A stretch of 64,000 nucleotides of DNA, taken from contig NW_024704742.1 in assembly GCF_018977255.1 (NCBI RefSeq), positions 6,698,001 through 6,762,000 of the forward strand, in the 5' to 3' direction. Each line of letters opens with the position of its first letter. Within the stretch, counting starts at the first letter, position 1. The stretch comes from Callorhinchus milii (taxonomy: Eukaryota). The translations under genes were made by a program, and so were the position numbers. Shown here one piece after another: positions 58,557-64,000 of the stretch. The notes below the pieces were generated by a model that worked only from the letters and a program-made list of their open reading frames with translations, searched no databases and was not told the DNA's origin.

Positions 58557-59886
58557 CACAGCACAATTTATGCGCTCTGGGGTGCTACTCCACGCGAAGG
58601 GCGCTATATAAATGCAAGTCATTGTAGTTATTCCAGAAGGGTGCAGGCACCTAGGTTTGGTCTTGCCACTCCTCTTACAAGCTCTTGCCCTCACCATCCA
58701 CCCCCACCCTATACTCTACCAAACCTTCAGGCGAGCCATATGACATGTGCCTTTGGTCACTTCGTTCCCTGTCTCTCCCATCTCAACCCAGAGAGAGGGA
58801 GAGTCTAACATTGTACTACTCACGGCTGGTAGTCTTGCTTGCTTAAAAGAAATGGTGCTGAGATTGAATTGCCAGCAAGGCCGGGCGAAAATCGATATTA
58901 AGGACATGTTTTAGCCACGTTTTCTATCCATTATCACATCACATGCTGCATTCTCCCTGCAGTGTGTTAATTATAGTGCAGTTTGTTAACAAAATGCGCA
59001 GTCACTGCACATTAGAGCAAATCCTGTGAAATGCCTTGAGATGTCCACCCGATATGAAAGGTGCCATTATCAAACACACGGATTACTTATTTATTTAACA
59101 CTGTTCTGGCTCTAGCATTGCTGAATGTCTAACTGCGACAAGAGGATGCGAACAGTCATTGCCTGGGATTGTGATGCGCTGTCCTCATTTGGGAATAAAA
59201 GGACAAAATAATGAGTGGAACAAGGAATCCGTGATACTTCTCTTGGCTGGGGACATCGCCAGAAGAAGAAACTAAACATTGTGCCGGCAAAAGAAAAATA
59301 TTTCCGATTTATTTGGCCACATTGTGGAAGGCAAATTGCCATTTCGGTTTGGGTTTCCAGTGGCTGCGTGACATTTTGAAAACTGTAATTTAAATTGTGA
59401 CCACTTTCAATCTGAACATTAGAACTAATGGTCGAGGATCAGTTGAACATTCTTCAAAGATGTGTTGTGCGTGTGTAGTTTTAATAAATATGATCCACAG
59501 TTGCAATGGATCACTGAAAAGGGGAATGTCTATGAGAGAAGGCGAATTGGCTCTGCTTTTTCCATTACTCGGTCTCTATAAATCAAACAGTTCCAGAAAC
59601 CCAGTTTCTATTCCCTTTGTGCTCCCATTCCTGACCAGCCTATTGAGCTCATGTCATTTTATTCGGCAACAGTTTGCAACAGTTTGCAAACAGAATATCC
59701 GAGTGAATCAGTGAAGGTCTCTTGGGAAAAATCTTTGATGGGGATAATAATAAGAATAGTGCTGCCAAAAGAAAAGTTTTTTTTTTAACATACAAGTGCA
59801 GACCTTACATCTGCCCTGCAGTTCCATAATTCACTTAATTATCACTTGAAGTCCCATCTTCACTGCAGAACACTATTGAAAAAGAT

Positions 59887-60300
59887 TAGCTCAGTGTGGT
59901 GTGTGATGTGATGCTGAGACACACAAATCTAGAAGGCCCCGAGTTCAAATGTCATTGCATTGAGTTAGCTAATCTCAGTCAACAACGGGAAAACTGGAAT
60001 TGGCTTTATGTCACCAGGATCGAAAGGGAACGAAAAAAATAGGGCGAGGTTCTGTCATGCTCGCAATCTAGGTACTCTGTTAAGAGTACACATGTGCAGA
60101 GCTGGGTGAGGACAGGAAGGCTTGATGATGATGGCTTCCACTGTTAAAGACTGCCGACTTATTGAGTGGGCTTAAACGTGAACCATGACCAGTGGCGTGT
60201 TGTACTGGAGATCTACTGGCACCTGTGGAATCATAGCCTAACGTACATGGGTCATCACCTTCAAGAGAAGCGGCAGCAATGGGGAGTAAAGGAAGAGAAA
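59887..60300 (+). mobile_element. Ancient AmnSINE2-like SINE
   Basis: AGAAGGCCCCGAGTTCAAAT..TGAGTTAGCTAATCTCAG..GGGTGAGGACAGGA..CTGCCGAC..CACCTGTGGAA..CACCTTCAAGAGA follows the AmnSINE2-type layout. Family name is from memory of the consensus. Confidence 0.55.
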
Positions 60301-60335
60301 TGCTCAGTGGAATTCTGCACGAGTGGAATGCATCA

Positions 60336-60694
60336 GTGGAGTCCTGCTGTTCAGTGGTTAGAGCACTCGCCTCACAAGAGAGAGAGCTGGGCTCGATTCC
60401 CGGCAGGGCGAAACATTGGGCAAGTTTCTTTAGACAATGCGCCTCTGTTTACTTAGCAGTAAGTAGGAACCCGGTCGTTAGATGATTGGCGGATCTCATT
60501 TCCGGGGGTAAAAATTCCTTCTAAAAAAAAATAATACTAAAATAATAAATTGGTCACTTAATCCACGACTGTTTGTAGGAGACTGCTGTGCGCAATTGGC
60601 TGCCGCGTATATTCTGTGAAGCGCTGTGAGACGTCTCGAAGACGTGATAAGGCACTATATCAAATGCAAGGTTTATTATTATTATCATTATTAT
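60336..60694 (+). mobile_element. SINE long subfamily, full length with small 3' deletion
   Basis: Head, body and tail; lacks the CCCACAAAATATACAGTCAATTCACTTTACA segment. Confidence 0.94.
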
Positions 60695-61555
60695 GTCTGG
60701 ACCTGACTGATGTTTATTCACTTGTGGGCTTACCAGAACTGTTGGAATCCCACGGCATTTGTTGAAGACCCCAGAATGACTAGTGCAATAACTTGCACTT
60801 ATCTTTCCACTGAAACCTCTGTAATCATTGTCCACACATTAACCTGATAAAAGGATTGCATTTATCTATGAAATACAGTGCGAGGTGAACTCTCAGTTTT
60901 CTGCACTGGGCTGTGTACGCCATCTGATCACGGCACCCATTCAGAGGAAGAAGCATTCGAGAAGATGAATCACTCATAGTTCCTCTAGCGTCCAAGGGGG
61001 ATTAAAAAAATTCAATACATTTCATATTTTTAAAAGTTGAAGAAATTGAAATAAGTGGTGCTGGAAATGCTCTGTCTGCATTCTGTCAAACTAGATTATC
61101 TAGAATGGCTCTTTTAATATCCAGAGACTTGCACAGACATTCCCAGACTGAGTCTGGGCCAACACAACTGATACACCAAACAGCAACTCTACTGCTACAT
61201 CCCTTCATATCTCTCAGCCCAGCAGCACCCACTCACATCCCACTTCACTGTCAAGAGTTTGCATTGGTCCAGGGCTCTGGCTGAACTTGAGTTACCTCGA
61301 AACTTTGTCAAGTTGTCCCTCCATTTCAAACCTCTCACCAGTTGCACTTTCGTCTCGACTCCTTGAGGCCGTATCCATTTTCATTGGCCTTCCATTGGCT
61401 TCCTTTCAACATTTTAAATCTGAAGCACCCCTTCTAACATTCTTCAAAGTTCCAATAAAAAAGCCTGGTTGCATTCTATTCACAATGAAATCATATTTTC
61501 CTTTGCCCTGCAAAAAATTGGATGGATTCTGGTGGTTTTTCATGGAATCAGTATT

Positions 61556-61667
61556 TCACCCACATAGTAAAGACTCAATCCACTTTACAGTATATCCCGT
61601 GAAGCGCTTTGAAAGGTCTCGATGACATGATAAGGCGCTATATCAAATGCAAGGATTATTATTATTA
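61556..61667 (+). mobile_element. SINE 3' fragment
   Basis: CACTTTACAGTATATCCCGTGAAGCGCTTTG..GATAAGGCGCTATATCAAATGCAAGG(ATT)n. Confidence 0.88.
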
Positions 61668-61855
61668 GATCAGCTTTATTCTGAGTTTCAGTAAAACTAA
61701 CAAGTTGTTAGTAAAACTAATCCCATTACCAAGCAGATAAAAGCCATATCATACAAATTGAGAACCAGCTTCAGGATGTGAGCATTGAGACCTGGGCTGA
61801 CTTGTCCATCTCCTGCACACCCAGTTGATTTGTATGCAATATTCGATTTAGACCT

Positions 61856-62307
61856 GTGGAGTCCTGTAGCTTAGTGGTTAGAGCACTCGCCTCGCAAACA
61901 AGAGGACCTGGGTTTGATTCCCGGGCAAGGTGAAACCAACGTTTTGTCTTCCCCGGGAATCAAACCGAGGTCCTCTGAATTGGTTTATCAAGTTTCCTTA
62001 CGCCACACGCCTCTGTTTACTTAGCGGTAAGTAGGAACCCGGTTGTTAGTCGATTGGTGGATCGTTTTTCCGGGGGTAATAATCCCTCCCCACAAAAAAA
62101 TTAATAATAATGATTTGGTCACTCGATCCACGACTGTTTGTGGCACACTGCTGTGCATAATTGGCTTCTCCCACAACATTTTTTCCCGCAAATATACAGT
62201 CAATTCACTTTACAGTATATTCCATGAAGTGCTTTGAGGCGTCTCGAAGACATGATGAGACGCTATATCAAACGCAAGGATTATTATTATAATTATTATT
62301 ATTATTG
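61856..62307 (+). mobile_element. SINE long subfamily with internal fold-back duplication
   Basis: Full SINE; 61952-61976 is an inverted copy of 61901-61925. Confidence 0.94.
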
Positions 62308-62479
62308 TGATAGACCACATGTTAGATTCCACTATTTAAATGGAACACATTACAGCAAAGCACTTTAATTTCAAACTTGGTATAAATTGTTCTCTAATCT
62401 CTGGCTCAGGCTGTGGTATTGGTGGGCCGATCAGTTGGATCAAGGTTTATCTGATTTTTTTTCAGTTAAGGTGGCATTA

Positions 62480-62590
62480 GACATTGCACTGCAAGGTGGA
62501 GAGTCGTGTGAAGTAAAAACACCTGCACAGACTGACTAGTTGGGCCAAATGGCCTGTTTCCATGCTGTAATTCCTATGTAAATACAATAC
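62480..62590 (+). mobile_element. CR1 3' end
   Basis: TCGTGTGAAGTAAAAACACC..TTGGGCCAAATGGCCTGTTTCCATGCTGTAATTCCTATGTAA. Confidence 0.75.
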
Positions 62591-62614
62591 ACATTTACAT
62601 TCATATAGATGTAG

Positions 62615-62690
62615 TTTTTGTAAGCCAGGTGTCTGACTTATGCGGAAACCCATCACCATGCTTAAGAGTATCCTAACAAACTGAGAATTA
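62615..62690 (+). repeat. Unclassified dispersed repeat, copy 4 (fragment)
   Basis: AGCCAGGTGTCTGACTTATGCGGAAACCCATCACCATGCTTAAGAGTATCC versus the reverse complement of 6917-6967, AGCCAGGTGTCTGACACATGTGGAAACCCATCACCATACTTCAGAGTATCC. Confidence 0.87.
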
Positions 62691-62869
62691 GTGATCTTCA
62701 AGTCGGGAAGACATCCCAAGGCTCCTAAATCTATGTAAATCTTTGCAAGTCTGACACCACCTCAACTCATGAAGGTCAGAGATGTAGAGATCCAGCCGTC
62801 TGAGTTTCAATATATGAGTACTGGAACACATGACATCTTAGGATATTCTCTCGATGTGAAAGGTGCTGT

Positions 62870-62990
62870 ATAATGTTTTGCCCACATAACACCCAGTTGA
62901 TTCACTTTACACTATATTCTTTGAAGTGCTTTGAGATGTCTTGAAGACGTGATAAGACGCTATATCAAATGCAAGGATTATTACTATTAT
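62870..62990 (+). mobile_element. SINE 3' fragment
   Basis: TTTTGCCCAC..GAGATGTCTTGAAGACGTGATAAGACGCTATATCAAATGCAAGG(ATT)n. Confidence 0.87.
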
Positions 62991-63934
62991 AAATGAAATC
63001 TGTTGCTGTTTGTGGTTGTTAATACATTTTCTTCATTTCTAAATTGGATACAGCTCAACAATATGCACTTATTGGATGGATGGGTTAGAGGATTACGAAA
63101 GCTTTAAGTAGGGAGTTGGATGGAGAAATTTAGGGAGAGTTAGAGGGTGGGGGCAAAGTGTCTGAAAGCTTGCCCACCAATGGTGGTGCAGAATGGTTGG
63201 ATGGGAATGAAGACAGGCCTCAGTGTAGTTTAAAAGCTTAATATACTACTGGTGATTAATATCAGTACAGTCTACAGAATTGGAAAGTCAGTCTTCGACA
63301 AAATATCAGCGGTGGTACGGTACATGATCCCTACAGTAGCAAACATTAAACATGCTACAAGTCGAGAAACCACTTTTATCATAATATGGCCTGAAAAGTA
63401 CAGATTAATAGGTCTGTAAACTCGTAATGAGCACTGGAGTCTGTTTAAAGGGTCAGTTTAGAAATTGTGCCTCTGTTCAGTATATATGTATACACAGTAT
63501 ATTTAGACATTGGGCAAATGAATTGCATGTGTAACTGATGGATGATTCGGTTCATTGGCCCATTGGAGTGATTTGTTTTTATGAAGTGATTTGCATGTAT
63601 TGAATTACACGTACGCACATGTTCATTGCTGAAGTGCCTCACCAGATGCCTCAGCAGTGTCTACCCAGGCTGGATAAGCTCATAAACAAAGGCTCGTTCC
63701 AGGGAGTACTGCATCACTCATCTCTAATAACTACCAGAAGTAATGGAGCAAATATGTTCACAGAAACATCAAGCACAGTTGGCTTATTCCGAAAGACTTA
63801 TGCAGATAGGAACGAAAAGGCTTTAATCAGAGCAAAGGAGCGGATTCCGCCAGATGCTAGCTTGAAATTTATTTTAAAAGTAGGTTTAAAGTTAAAAGAA
63901 GAAACAGTCCAGCATCAATGACTGAATAACTTGT

Positions 63935-64000
63935 GTGACAGCCTGTCTCGCCTCTGAATCAAACGGTTGCGTGTTCAAGTCCCTCATCAGAATTTTCAAC
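63935..64000 (+). mobile_element. Older DeuSINE head, cut by window end
   Basis: CTCGCCTCTGAATCAAACGGTTGCGTGTTCAAGTCCC, like the head at 47911. Confidence 0.65.

Noticed and set aside
1..64000. CRISPR array or prokaryotic operon/defence system
   Set aside because: No regularly spaced repeat-spacer array and no gene-dense ORFs; the sequence is vertebrate non-coding DNA.

Overview
AT-rich, repeat-dense vertebrate genomic DNA. The retroposon content (DeuSINE-type SINEs, L2, CR1, AmnSINE2-like copies) points to a cartilaginous fish, plausibly a chimaera such as Callorhinchus; this is inference, not a database match. No intact protein-coding gene is recognisable, so the window looks like a large intron or gene desert. 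The ORF track is explained by repeats, microsatellites or chance. Main contents: (1) about 40 copies or fragments of a tRNA-Ala-derived SINE with an L2-type 3' tail ending in (TTA)n, in at least two subfamilies; (2) an older full DeuSINE (SacSINE1-like); (3) L2 and CR1 LINE fragments; (4) an internally deleted hAT (Charlie/Buster-type) transposon nested in a SINE and itself interrupted by a CR1 tail; (5) an L2 inserted into a SINE; (6) two decayed 28S rRNA fragments in inverted orientation; (7) a four-copy unclassified repeat, possibly derived from a LINE endonuclease domain; (8) several hairpins, palindromes and repeat-free blocks that may be conserved non-coding elements. I see no firm evidence for a new multi-gene system. 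The best leads are retroposon-related: SINE/LINE tail partnerships, the 28S fragments and the unclassified repeat. Repeat boundaries were placed by eye and are approximate.
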